Shown here one piece after another: positions 39,216-48,509 of a stretch of DNA of 64,000 nucleotides; the stretch's first letter is position 1, and each line of letters starts with the position of its first letter. Below the pieces are notes generated by a model. That model was not told the origin of the DNA and ran no database searches. It worked only from the letters and a program-made list of their open reading frames with translations. Both the position numbers and the translations under genes were made by a program. Origin of the DNA: Candidatus Mesolinea sp. (GTDB taxonomy: Bacteria > Chloroflexota > Anaerolineae > Anaerolineales > Anaerolineaceae); assembly GCA_034430095.1 (NCBI GenBank), contig DAOUFK010000002.1:7617-71616 (forward strand). Reading direction: 5' to 3'.

Positions 39216-42200
39216 GACTAGAACGGAAATTTTGCTGAAATACACAATTTCAAATGTCAAATTTCTCTCTAATAATTTGCCGGACTCGTTGGCTATCAAA
39301 CCCATTATTTTCAGTAGTGGTGATTAAATTGTCGGCAAAACCATGTTTTTTATACCAATTTTTCTTATTCTCCCAATGTTCTCTGTATTTTTGATTTGTT
39401 AACATCCCCAAGTGTTCCCAATACCATTGTTCTCCATGAATGTTGATAGTGAAATCTGGCAAATACATTGTTCCATCAGGAGCATATAATGGCACTTCAT
39501 ACAAGAATGGTATGTTTAAATCAGCCAATATATTAGCAATTATCACTTCAGATTTGGACCTCACCATGAGGCTAGTCAATGTTCTATGGATTTTGCCTTC
39601 TTCATACCATTCGTGCATTCTGAAGAGCTCAGCCGGCGAAGGCTTGAATGTAAACAAGGAAGAATTTATTCGATTGAGGATTGACCTTTCTGGCCTGCAT
39701 AAAGAAAGCAGGGGTTGGACATCTTCTTGAATTAATAATGTGCAATGGCTCTGAGCTCGTGTGATTCCTGTGTAGAACAATTCTCGCGATAAGAGAGCCT
39801 GCTTATATTTAGGTAAAACGAAATATACTCGCTGAAACTCACTGCCTTGGGATTTATGAACAGAAATGGCATATGCTAATTCAAGATTCTCAGTAACTGA
39901 TTCTTCGTTTTCATAATTCACCCAATAGTCTGGTTTTCGACTAAAGACTACTTGGAATCTTTCTATTCGGAAATTATTCCATTTCCACTTATCATTTTTA
40001 AGATCAAAACCATGAACTCGAACCATGCCAATTTCGCCATTAAATACTTCGATCCTTTCGTTTTTCCCTGTTTTGTGACAATATGCCATAACAGGGTTTG
40101 ATTTGGGACGGTTTACTATTTGTATCACTTTATCGAAGTAAGTTATTCCCCCTAACTGACCCTTTTTATCAAGTAACCAACCGCCTTTATGACGTTGGAT
40201 AATTCGATTAATGTTCTCCGTGCCATAAAGCTCTCCACGGTAGGGTGAGATAATTTGAAGAGACTCAGGGTAATCACCATCGGCTTTCTTGAATACAGAA
40301 TTCCATAATTCATATGGTTTACCTTGATCAAATTGCTTTCCCGAATCTTCTTCTAAATCTTTCACAATTGTTTTAAGTAAAATGTCTTCGAGCTCACCTG
40401 GCGTATTCCAATAAAGAACTCTCAGATCACCGCTAACATCTCCACCTTCAATTATTTTTGTTAGCATTTGGTCTTTAATTATTTCATCCTCTTCATTTTT
40501 GCCTGTTTGCGAATCACTTCGGAGAAAAATAGAGGCTGAATCTATAATGCCAGTGCCTTTATCTGTTAATCTATTTGTGAGTTGACGCATGTTAATTTTT
40601 AATTCTCCAATGGCTTCTGGTTGTTCAGTCTGAAGCCAGTCCATCAAATCAGCAAAAACCCTGCCAGTCCCGATGGGTGGCAATTGATTAGGATCACCCA
40701 CAAAAATTAAACGTTGAACTGAATTCCAATTGATTGCTCGGAAAAGCGTTGCAAGAAGTGGTAGATCTAGCATTGACGATTCATCGATAATATAAGTTGT
40801 TATAGCCTCTTCTTTTTGTCCGCCAGTTCGTTTAAACGTTAAATTCTCATTCAACCAGCCACGCTTGGCCAAAAATGAATGAATCGTCGCTGCTTGTTCA
40901 TGTGTTCGTTCCCTTAATCGATCAGCTGCTTTCCCCGTTGGCGCTAATAATTGAAAACTAGTGCCTTCTCCATGTGCTTTCTTAATTGCATTAATAATTG
41001 CGCCAACAACTGTAGTTTTTCCAGTGCCAGCACTTCCGCTAAGAATGCTAATTGGGCGCAAGAAGGTTCCTTGGCAAACCTTTATTTGTTGCGCGATAGC
41101 ATCTTCATATTCTTCTGGATGCGATTCAGAGAGCGGGCTTTTAGGGTCAAATAAGAAAAGATGCCAATTGCTGTCTGTCATTGGAAATTTGAGTTTAATA
41201 TTTTGCCTTTGGGCAAGGTCCCTGAGCACACTCTCAATATCACGCTCATCATCGAAAATTTGCTTCAAATACAGATAAAGCTGATTTGATTCATACCTGA
41301 ATTTCAATGCTTTGCTAATTTCATTTTTGTCGATCTCTAGATATCGGAGATTGAAATGAGCTTTTTTCCATTCGGGCAAATAACCGAGTTTGTGATTGAT
41401 GCTTTCTAGAATTGAATCTGCTAACAAAAAAGTGTGTTGATCTTGGTGTCGCAACTGTTCTACACAAAGAGCCCGTAGACGCTGCCAACTTTCAGGTTCT
41501 ACGAGTGTTGCTTTACCTAAATCTGGAGAGGGGAGCATTCCATGATCAATTTGGTTAAACGTTATTTGGTCATCTACATCTAAACCTATATATTGTTCAT
41601 ATAATATATAAGGGTTCTGCGATATTTCTTCTGGAGCCGATAGAATACAAACATTTCCAGGTTGGTCGATAATTCGTGAAATTTGATCAGTGCGCAAATC
41701 AAAACGTGGCAAGGTTTCACTGATTAACATTTGCTGATTAGGTTCTAATAATTGCCATTTCTTTCTGACTGAAGAAATACGCTGAGCTGATATGGTCATA
41801 TCGGGAATCGTACTGATCTCCCCACTCAGGAATGAAAACAGCAAATCTGTAACCTTTTGCTCACCAAGAATGGGGATCTGTTTGGTGGCATACTCTATTC
41901 CTTCAGAGAACTTTAAATAATCTAAAACTCGCAATAAACCAGGATATAAACCACGACTTTGCCAAAGTTCTGCCATAAGTGAACTCAACCAAGTTAACCT
42001 CAATGGCCAATTCTCATGGTTATCACCAATTTCTATAAGAACGCCAACAATTTCAGCCATTTGTTCAATGAGTGCGAGCGCACCATCATCGGTTATGTGC
42101 CGACTAGCATATTTAAATGCACGGGGGTTTTCCGGAACAAAAAGAATACGTTCTAGAACTTTCGGCTGATCCATATATGCATAATATGGGATTCTCAGAC

Positions 42201-43267
42201 CTTCCGTAGGATAGTTTGAAGTGATATTTCGCATCCACACATTTGGTCCGTAGCGTCGCTCCATTTCTTCAGATTGATCCGTCCAGGTAATTTCTTCACC
42301 AATAGATTTGATACGAGACATACCTATGATTACGTATTTTTGCTGCTCGTTCTCGCTGAACGGATTACTGTAATTTGCATAATAGAAAATTAAGCTCTTC
42401 GAAGGCGTGATTTTTGAGAAATATTCATTAACAGCTGTCCTCCGTTTTATTGGGTCATATTTCGGATATTTCGTTTCAGTATTAAGCACTTCTTCTTTAT
42501 ATACTTCTTCATAGGGCCATGTGCAGATGGTGTAGGGCGGTATAGTCCATGTGCGAGGGCTTGTATTATCTGTGAACCATTTTGGAGGCGGCATTTGTGC
42601 TGGTATTGGAAACGGGCTAAAAGCATTGACGCTGGCTAGACAAGGGATATAAAAATTGCTCAGTTCATTAACAGGCTTACCTGCAATTGGCTCCTCTAAC
42701 TGCAAATTGCGCCTTTCAGCAATTAAATCACCAGGAAAAGAAAAAAGCCCAGTGCAATAGGTGTTTTCCTTAGGATTACGGCAAACACAACCGTTCCATC
42801 CATAATCATGCCAAGCCATCCTTGCCGAAATGTGAATGGTCATATTTCCTCCAAATCTTTGCTTCTCGTATCATTAGTTAGGATGCTGTTCTAGACATTG
42901 ACCCTATTACAAAATTTCTACTTTTTTAGTAATTGAAATATATCACTAAATTGTTATTAAATATCTATATTATTTCGCAGTATTACTGCCTTATCAATAT
43001 TAATGATTAATCGAGATAACGGAATTACATGGAAGATAAACCCTAGCATTAATAAATTATGCCACCTTGTTACCAAAAGCGGAATGATTGAGGGCGGATA
43101 AAATTTCTAAGATATTTAGTTTTAGAAGTATCCATTTTCTACTTTTTACTGCCAATTGTTAATCAATTATAGCATAGACGTACTCACAACAACTTTTTAA
43201 GGATCTGTAATAAATCCTACTGATTACAATACTTTAAAAACCTGATCAATGGTTTGCTGTTTAAGGG
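39196..43267. mobile_element. AT-rich 4.07-kb insert between two identical tRNA-fMet genes (integrase-less genomic islet)
   Basis: It is bounded by perfect 88-bp direct repeats (39108-39195 and 43268-43355). The composition is visibly AT-rich compared with the flanks. The content is one gene plus a 424-bp leader. Confidence 0.55.
39250..42843 (-). CDS. 1197-aa multidomain protein: unknown N-terminal region (~590 aa) + RecD-like SF1 helicase core + C-terminal PD-(D/E)xK-like nuclease module
   Basis: The start is preceded by a GGAGG SD. Helicase motifs are Walker A SGSAGTGKTT (aa 602-611), Walker B YIIDESSM (684-691), GDPNQLPPIG (716-725), AISVHKSQGSEF (992-1003) and FYTGITRAQ (1023-1031). The C-terminal tail reads SKSEVIIANILxxLxIPFxYE...PDF...EHLG (aa 1096-1146). 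Confidence 0.85.
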   Translation of the reverse strand: MTIHISARMAWHDYGWNGCVCRNPKENTYCTGLFSFPGDLIAERRNLQLEEPIAGKPVNELSNFYIPCLASVNAFSPFPIPAQMPPPKWFTDNTSPRTWTIPPYTICTWPYEEVYKEEVLNTETKYPKYDPIKRRTAVNEYFSKITPSKSLIFYYANYSNPFSENEQQKYVIIGMSRIKSIGEEITWTDQSEEMERRYGPNVWMRNITSNYPTEGLRIPYYAYMDQPKVLERILFVPENPRAFKYASRHITDDGALALIEQMAEIVGVLIEIGDNHENWPLRLTWLSSLMAELWQSRGLYPGLLRVLDYLKFSEGIEYATKQIPILGEQKVTDLLFSFLSGEISTIPDMTISAQRISSVRKKWQLLEPNQQMLISETLPRFDLRTDQISRIIDQPGNVCILSAPEEISQNPYILYEQYIGLDVDDQITFNQIDHGMLPSPDLGKATLVEPESWQRLRALCVEQLRHQDQHTFLLADSILESINHKLGYLPEWKKAHFNLRYLEIDKNEISKALKFRYESNQLYLYLKQIFDDERDIESVLRDLAQRQNIKLKFPMTDSNWHLFLFDPKSPLSESHPEEYEDAIAQQIKVCQGTFLRPISILSGSAGTGKTTVVGAIINAIKKAHGEGTSFQLLAPTGKAADRLRERTHEQAATIHSFLAKRGWLNENLTFKRTGGQKEEAITTYIIDESSMLDLPLLATLFRAINWNSVQRLIFVGDPNQLPPIGTGRVFADLMDWLQTEQPEAIGELKINMRQLTNRLTDKGTGIIDSASIFLRSDSQTGKNEEDEIIKDQMLTKIIEGGDVSGDLRVLYWNTPGELEDILLKTIVKDLEEDSGKQFDQGKPYELWNSVFKKADGDYPESLQIISPYRGELYGTENINRIIQRHKGGWLLDKKGQLGGITYFDKVIQIVNRPKSNPVMAYCHKTGKNERIEVFNGEIGMVRVHGFDLKNDKWKWNNFRIERFQVVFSRKPDYWVNYENEESVTENLELAYAISVHKSQGSEFQRVYFVLPKYKQALLSRELFYTGITRAQSHCTLLIQEDVQPLLSLCRPERSILNRINSSLFTFKPSPAELFRMHEWYEEGKIHRTLTSLMVRSKSEVIIANILADLNIPFLYEVPLYAPDGTMYLPDFTINIHGEQWYWEHLGMLTNQKYREHWENKKNWYKKHGFADNLITTTENNGFDSQRVRQIIREKFDI

Positions 43268-43270
43268 CAC

Positions 43271-43342
43271 TGCGGGGTAGAGCAGTGGCAGCTCGTCGGG
43301 CTCATAACCCGGAGGTCAGTGGTTCGAATCCACTCCCCGCTA
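43271..43342 (+). tRNA. initiator tRNA-Met (anticodon CAT), copy 2
   Basis: This copy is identical over all 72 nt to copy 1. No consensus promoter is visible in the AT-rich sequence upstream. Confidence 0.9.
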
Positions 43343-43350
43343 CTATAAAC

Positions 43351-43375
43351 AGAGCTTGAAAAAGCTCTTTTTTTG
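43351..43375 (+). terminator. rho-independent terminator after tRNA copy 2
   Basis: Stem agagctt / aagctct, a 4-nt loop, then a T7 run. It is a diverged version of the copy-1 terminator. Confidence 0.5.
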
Positions 43376-43535
43376 ATTTCAGCGCCAATTAACAGGCTGG
43401 CGGCGGAAAGCAAGTTAAAAATAGCCCTGTTAATATTAGTGATCCACATTATAATATACGTAAAATAATCTCTTGGTAAATTGTTTCCTTAATGAAATTA
43501 TTTACAAAACACCCTCTCCTATTATGGTTTAAAGG

Positions 43536-45122
43536 ATGAATATGATAACGAATAAATCTGAGCTCTATGATGTAGTCATCATTGGAGGGGGAATTTCCGG
43601 CCTCACCGCTGCTGCGTTCTTGAGCAATGGAGGAGCAAAAGTGCTAGTTTGCGAACAGGCAGATCACGTAGGTGGACTATTCAACTCATTCTGGCAATCA
43701 GGCTACTCATTCGATGGTGGTATAAAAGCAGTCGAGAACAGCTCGGTAATGATGCCCATGCTTGCTCAGCTTGGCTTGTTGGAGCAAATTCATTTTCAAA
43801 CCAGCCCTATAGCGCTTGTCACTGGCGGCCAGGTACAGGTTATTCATCAATTCAGTGATGTGGAAGCCTACTTAGGCATGCTGGAAGGATTTTTCCCGTC
43901 CGAACAAGCCGGCCTGAAGCAAATCCTACAGGACCTGAAGACTATATATGATCTGATGGATGGCTTTCTCACCTTCCCTATCCCATTTTTCGATCAGTCT
44001 GGAGCTGGGAATAAAGCGCAGGCCGACTGGTTCAAACAGCACACAGCTCTACTCACGCGCTTACCGCGTGCCGCCGTCCTTATGCGTCAAGTCCTGCGAC
44101 CTTACTTGCAGCAGCATCTCAGTAACCCCAGTCTAATCAATCTCATGAGCGATCTCTTTCCGGACGGTACCAGCCTCTTTTTCGGTTTAGGATATTTCCG
44201 CATGTTTTTGGACTATTACTATCCCGAGGGAGGCATTCAGGTTATTCCACGCGTTCTAGCGGATGCGATACAGAAGTGGGGCGGGGAAATAAGGCTGAAT
44301 GCGCGCGTGGAGCAGGTACTTTTTAACGGAAAGCAAGCCAATGGCGTGCGATTGAGTGAAGGAGAAGAAATCCATGCAGGATTTATCATCGCCGCGAGCG
44401 ACCTGCGCCAGGCGCTCACCCGCCTAGTACCGGAGGAAATGCTGCCCAAAAAGTTTGTGCGCAAGCTGCACGCCGCCGAAGTTTCACATTCTGTGTTTAA
44501 CGTCTACTTGGGCCTTGACGTACCCGTTGAGAGCCTGAACTTTCACGGCTGTTCGCATGTTTTCTACCACCCGGATTTGGATGGAATCAGTGAGGAAGAC
44601 CGCCTTACACGCGAGGATTATTTTGCCCATGTTCCGCAGGAGATATCCATTCCCTGCCAGCATGACTCTCAACTGGCGCCTCCCGGCAAAACGGGAATTA
44701 ATATCAGCGCGATGACCTCCTGGAAATATAATGGCGGTTGGGAGAGGGAGCCGGCGGAATATGAACGGATAAAGGAATCCTATACACAGAAAATGATTGC
44801 CAGCCTGGAGAAGTTTATTCCCCATCTCAGTGAGCATATCGAAGTATGCTTTGCAGCCACGCCGCGCACTATCGCCATGCAAACCTCTAATACCCAAGGT
44901 GCAATTATGGGCTGGTCTTTTCATCGCGAACAGACTTTTACGCGGGGGAACTTCCTTCAAATGCGTTCGAGCGTCAAAACACCCATTCCCAGACTTTTGG
45001 CAGCTGGTCATTGGGCTTATTCCCCGGGCGGCTCGCCTGTAGCTGTTTTGACTGGAAAACTAGCTGCCGAAGCTATCTTGCATGATAAGACAAGTTCGGA
45101 GGCCTATGATGAGACTGACTGA
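43536..45122 (+). CDS. phytoene-desaturase-family (CrtI-like) FAD-dependent oxidoreductase
   Basis: N-terminal dinucleotide-binding motif DVVIIGGGISGLTAAAFL and a C-terminal GHWAYSPGGSPVA-type motif. Confidence 0.8.
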   Translation: MNMITNKSELYDVVIIGGGISGLTAAAFLSNGGAKVLVCEQADHVGGLFNSFWQSGYSFDGGIKAVENSSVMMPMLAQLGLLEQIHFQTSPIALVTGGQVQVIHQFSDVEAYLGMLEGFFPSEQAGLKQILQDLKTIYDLMDGFLTFPIPFFDQSGAGNKAQADWFKQHTALLTRLPRAAVLMRQVLRPYLQQHLSNPSLINLMSDLFPDGTSLFFGLGYFRMFLDYYYPEGGIQVIPRVLADAIQKWGGEIRLNARVEQVLFNGKQANGVRLSEGEEIHAGFIIAASDLRQALTRLVPEEMLPKKFVRKLHAAEVSHSVFNVYLGLDVPVESLNFHGCSHVFYHPDLDGISEEDRLTREDYFAHVPQEISIPCQHDSQLAPPGKTGINISAMTSWKYNGGWEREPAEYERIKESYTQKMIASLEKFIPHLSEHIEVCFAATPRTIAMQTSNTQGAIMGWSFHREQTFTRGNFLQMRSSVKTPIPRLLAAGHWAYSPGGSPVAVLTGKLAAEAILHDKTSSEAYDETD

Positions 45123-47523
45123 GGATTTGGTCTTGCGGGATCACTATGATGTGATTGTGATTGGTGCTGGCTTGGGCGGCATGACAGCCGCCAGCCTACT
45201 GGCAAAGCGAGGTCTATATGTTTTGATGATCGAACAACAAGGCAAGCCTGGCGGTGCGTGTTCTTCATTCAAACGTGAAGACCACGTCCATGATGTTGGC
45301 GCAGCTATGCTGTATGGCTTCGGTGAAAAAGGATTTAGACCCTTTCACTTCTTACTCAACGAACTTGAGGAACCGATTGACATCATCCCTCACGCCACAT
45401 TAGCACGGATGAGTTTTGAGGGTCGAGAAATTATCTTCTGGCCGGATTTGCAACGGTTCATTGACGAACTGACCGAGATATTTCCAGATGAAAAAGAGGG
45501 GTTGCGGGCATTTTATGCTGATCTCTACAAGATGTACGAAAACATCGTCATCAAGAACCAGGTGATTGTTCCGCCCTCGGAATATTCAGCTCGCCAAGGC
45601 TTGCGCAGATTGCTCAGTGACCCATTTTCGATCTTTAAAATGCAAAAGCTGCTCTCTACTAGCACCATGGAACTACTCAAGAAGTATTTTCATACTCCTG
45701 AGCTATTTAATTTCTACGATAAACTGTGCTCCGCCTATGCCTATACCACTGCCGAAGAGACCCCGGCTGTTCTGGCAGCAACAATGTTTATTGATAACCA
45801 CGTTGGGGGTGTTTATTATCCAGCTGGTGGCGCACAAATGCTGCCCAATACACTGGAAAAAGCTTTCGAGCGCGATGGTGGACAAGTGATCTACCACCAA
45901 CTTGTCGATGAAATCCTTATCCAAAATGGGCACGCTTATGGGGTGAGGCTGCAAAATGGGATCGAGATCCTTGCCGACCGGGTGATTGCTAATACCACAG
46001 TCTGGAATATCTACGGGCGTCTGGTGCGCGCCGAACACATTGATCCTAAGCGGCTCGACTGGGCACGCTCCTTAATCCCCACGTTCCCAAGTATGACCCT
46101 TTATATGGTAATTGACCGCCAGGGTATTCCAGAAAATTATTATCCGTGGGAAATCTTTATTGAAAATCGAAAGGTCATCGACTCATCCGACCTGACGCTT
46201 TATATCAATTCGTTGGTAGATACTACGCTTTGTCCTCCAGACGAGCTGAACGTGATGGCGATTGCCCCGAATTTACGTCCTTGGCCGCACTCCAATGACC
46301 CGGCTTACCATTCAAAAGACTACGAGGTACAGAAACAGCAAGAAGCGGAGCGTATGATCGATCAGATCGAACAGCACATTCCCGGCTTCCGGCAGCACAT
46401 CCGTTCTGTCATTATTGGGACACCGACCACGATTGAAAGATACTTGCTTAAGAATGGTGGCGCAGTAGGGGGGCCTAAAAATCAAATTGGGCAGGAAATG
46501 TTGAAGCGCTTGCATGCCCGCAGTGAATGGAAGAACCTCTACTTTTGCGGGGACTCAACTGTCATGGGCACTGGTGCACCTGCAACGGTTGTCTCAGGTG
46601 TTGGAGCAGCGAATGTCATCCTGCGCGAGCTGCACAAACCTGAATTTGAAGCCCATCCTATTTCCAAACAATACATCCATTTCGTTGATACTCCTTACCG
46701 CCGGTCTGAATACCTTCCAGGCACACCAGTCTCGCAGGAAAATGCCTTTCTGGCTGCCGCAAAATGCCAGGGCTGCGAAGAACCAGAATGCGTCAAAGGC
46801 TGCCCAGCTGGCATTGATATCCCTGGTTTTTTGCGCCGGATGGAAGCGAAGAATTATATCGGTGCAGCCAGGTTGATTCGCGAGAAAAATCCCTTTGGCG
46901 AGACGTGTGGTTTTACCTGCGCAGCAGAGAAACTTTGCCAGCAAAATTGTTACCGCAAGGACTTTACGGGAAAGCCAGTCAACATCGCTGAACTTCAAAG
47001 CTGGGTATGTCAGGAGGCTGGAGAGGATGGTTGGGCTCAGCGCGAACCTGTTGACAAGGATCACACCATCGCAGTTATCGGTTGCGGACCATCAGCCATG
47101 AGCTGTGCGTACTATCTGACCCTGGCTGGGTGCCGAGTGACCATCTTTGCCAAGGAAAGCCGACCAGGAGGCAAGCTTCTTGAAAAAGCAATGGCAAATC
47201 CCAGGCTTCAGGCAGCACTCCAACGGGATATTGAGGGGGTCCTTGCTAGCGGCGTCACGTTTTTGGGCAATCGTGAACCCCTACAAGAGACGGACCTGGA
47301 GCAGATGTGTAAACAATATTCTTGTGTGTATATCACCAAGAATCAGCTTTCAGGTCCGCAGGATCCAGAAGCTTCGGTTCCGTTTTCGGATCCTGTTGCG
47401 CAATTAACGGGGCTCTTCATTGGCGAGGAGTTTCTAATAAATGGGGTGAGTGTGGTCGAGGCTGTTGCCATTGGCCGCCGGGCAGCTCTGGAGATCTGCA
47501 AGTATTTAAACCTCTCAGCGTGA
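45106..47523 (+). CDS. CrtI-like FAD oxidoreductase fused to a GltD-like [4Fe-4S]/NAD(P)H-binding module
   Basis: The N-terminal part has DVIVIGAGLGGMTAASLL and the CrtI-family C-terminal motif YFCGDSTVMGTGAPA. The following ~280 aa have CQGCEEPECVKGCPAGIDIP, a second Cys cluster and a second Rossmann motif, IAVIGCGPSAMSCAYYL. The start ATG 45106 overlaps the upstream stop. Confidence 0.75.
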   Translation: MMRLTEDLVLRDHYDVIVIGAGLGGMTAASLLAKRGLYVLMIEQQGKPGGACSSFKREDHVHDVGAAMLYGFGEKGFRPFHFLLNELEEPIDIIPHATLARMSFEGREIIFWPDLQRFIDELTEIFPDEKEGLRAFYADLYKMYENIVIKNQVIVPPSEYSARQGLRRLLSDPFSIFKMQKLLSTSTMELLKKYFHTPELFNFYDKLCSAYAYTTAEETPAVLAATMFIDNHVGGVYYPAGGAQMLPNTLEKAFERDGGQVIYHQLVDEILIQNGHAYGVRLQNGIEILADRVIANTTVWNIYGRLVRAEHIDPKRLDWARSLIPTFPSMTLYMVIDRQGIPENYYPWEIFIENRKVIDSSDLTLYINSLVDTTLCPPDELNVMAIAPNLRPWPHSNDPAYHSKDYEVQKQQEAERMIDQIEQHIPGFRQHIRSVIIGTPTTIERYLLKNGGAVGGPKNQIGQEMLKRLHARSEWKNLYFCGDSTVMGTGAPATVVSGVGAANVILRELHKPEFEAHPISKQYIHFVDTPYRRSEYLPGTPVSQENAFLAAAKCQGCEEPECVKGCPAGIDIPGFLRRMEAKNYIGAARLIREKNPFGETCGFTCAAEKLCQQNCYRKDFTGKPVNIAELQSWVCQEAGEDGWAQREPVDKDHTIAVIGCGPSAMSCAYYLTLAGCRVTIFAKESRPGGKLLEKAMANPRLQAALQRDIEGVLASGVTFLGNREPLQETDLEQMCKQYSCVYITKNQLSGPQDPEASVPFSDPVAQLTGLFIGEEFLINGVSVVEAVAIGRRAALEICKYLNLSA

Positions 47524-47647
47524 GCGAAGGCAGCCGGCAAGTATGCTCAGCCGATCTGGTCAGGCTAAAAAACTAAGCTAGGTAGAACCTTCTAGCTGAA
47601 ATATTGGTTCTGTTTACGCTATACTCCAGTTATAAAGGAGATAAAAT

Positions 47648-48361
47648 ATGGCAATTCAAAACAAAGTTACAGTTATTTCTGGCGCTACGGGCGGACTAGG
47701 CAGGGTGGTAGCGCGGGAGTTTGCAGCGCAAGGCGCAAAGTTGGTTTTGGTGAGCCACAACGCAGAGCACCTGGCGCAGCTCGAAACTGAACTTAATCTT
47801 TCCCCTGAGAATTTCCTCAGCATTGTGGCTGACCTCACACAAAGGGATTCCGCACAGAAGATCCTCGATGCCGCTGTGGCAAAGTTTGGCAGGGTGGATA
47901 TTCTGTTCAACTTCATTGGCGGCTGGATCGCCGGTAAGCCTGTCTCAGACGTCGCGCCTGAGGAGGTCGAGAACATGCTCGCTCAGCACTTTTGGACGAG
48001 CTTCAACTTGGCTCAAGCCTTTGTCCCACATATGCTGGAGAACCACTGGGGGCGCTACGTGGTCATTTCGACGCCTGGCGTGGGCACTCCACCAGCCAAC
48101 AGCCTGCCTTATACCGTTGGCAAAGCTGCCGAGGAGACGCTGATGCTGACGCTTGCGGAAGAGCTTAAACACACAGGTGTGACAGCCAACATCCTGCGGG
48201 TGCGCAGCATCGACGTGGAGCACAAGCGTGAGCGCGAGCCCTCTCCCAAGAATGCTGCCTGGACTACACCGGAAGAAATCGCGGCCGCCTTGCTCTACCT
48301 CTGCTCAGATGAGGCGAATAGAGTAAACGGTGCCCGTATTCCCCTCTATGGCGCGCAGTAA
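47648..48361 (+). CDS. SDR-family oxidoreductase
   Basis: Cofactor motif SGATGGLGRVVA and catalytic YTVGK. Confidence 0.85.
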   Translation: MAIQNKVTVISGATGGLGRVVAREFAAQGAKLVLVSHNAEHLAQLETELNLSPENFLSIVADLTQRDSAQKILDAAVAKFGRVDILFNFIGGWIAGKPVSDVAPEEVENMLAQHFWTSFNLAQAFVPHMLENHWGRYVVISTPGVGTPPANSLPYTVGKAAEETLMLTLAEELKHTGVTANILRVRSIDVEHKREREPSPKNAAWTTPEEIAAALLYLCSDEANRVNGARIPLYGAQ

Positions 48362-48509
48362 ATCAGTTTGCTGCAAAGTTGTACCAATCTACATCCAGCA
48401 CTTCTAAAAAGAGGCTGGATTTTTTATTTGCACAAGCTTTTCTCTGCTGCAAAGTTGACATTGTTGATAAAAAGGGTAGGATTTAGTTACTATAAAAAAT
48501 ATAGTAGTG

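Noticed and set aside
43261-43449. 62-aa minus-strand ORF
   Set aside because: It reads straight through tRNA-fMet copy 2 and its terminator.
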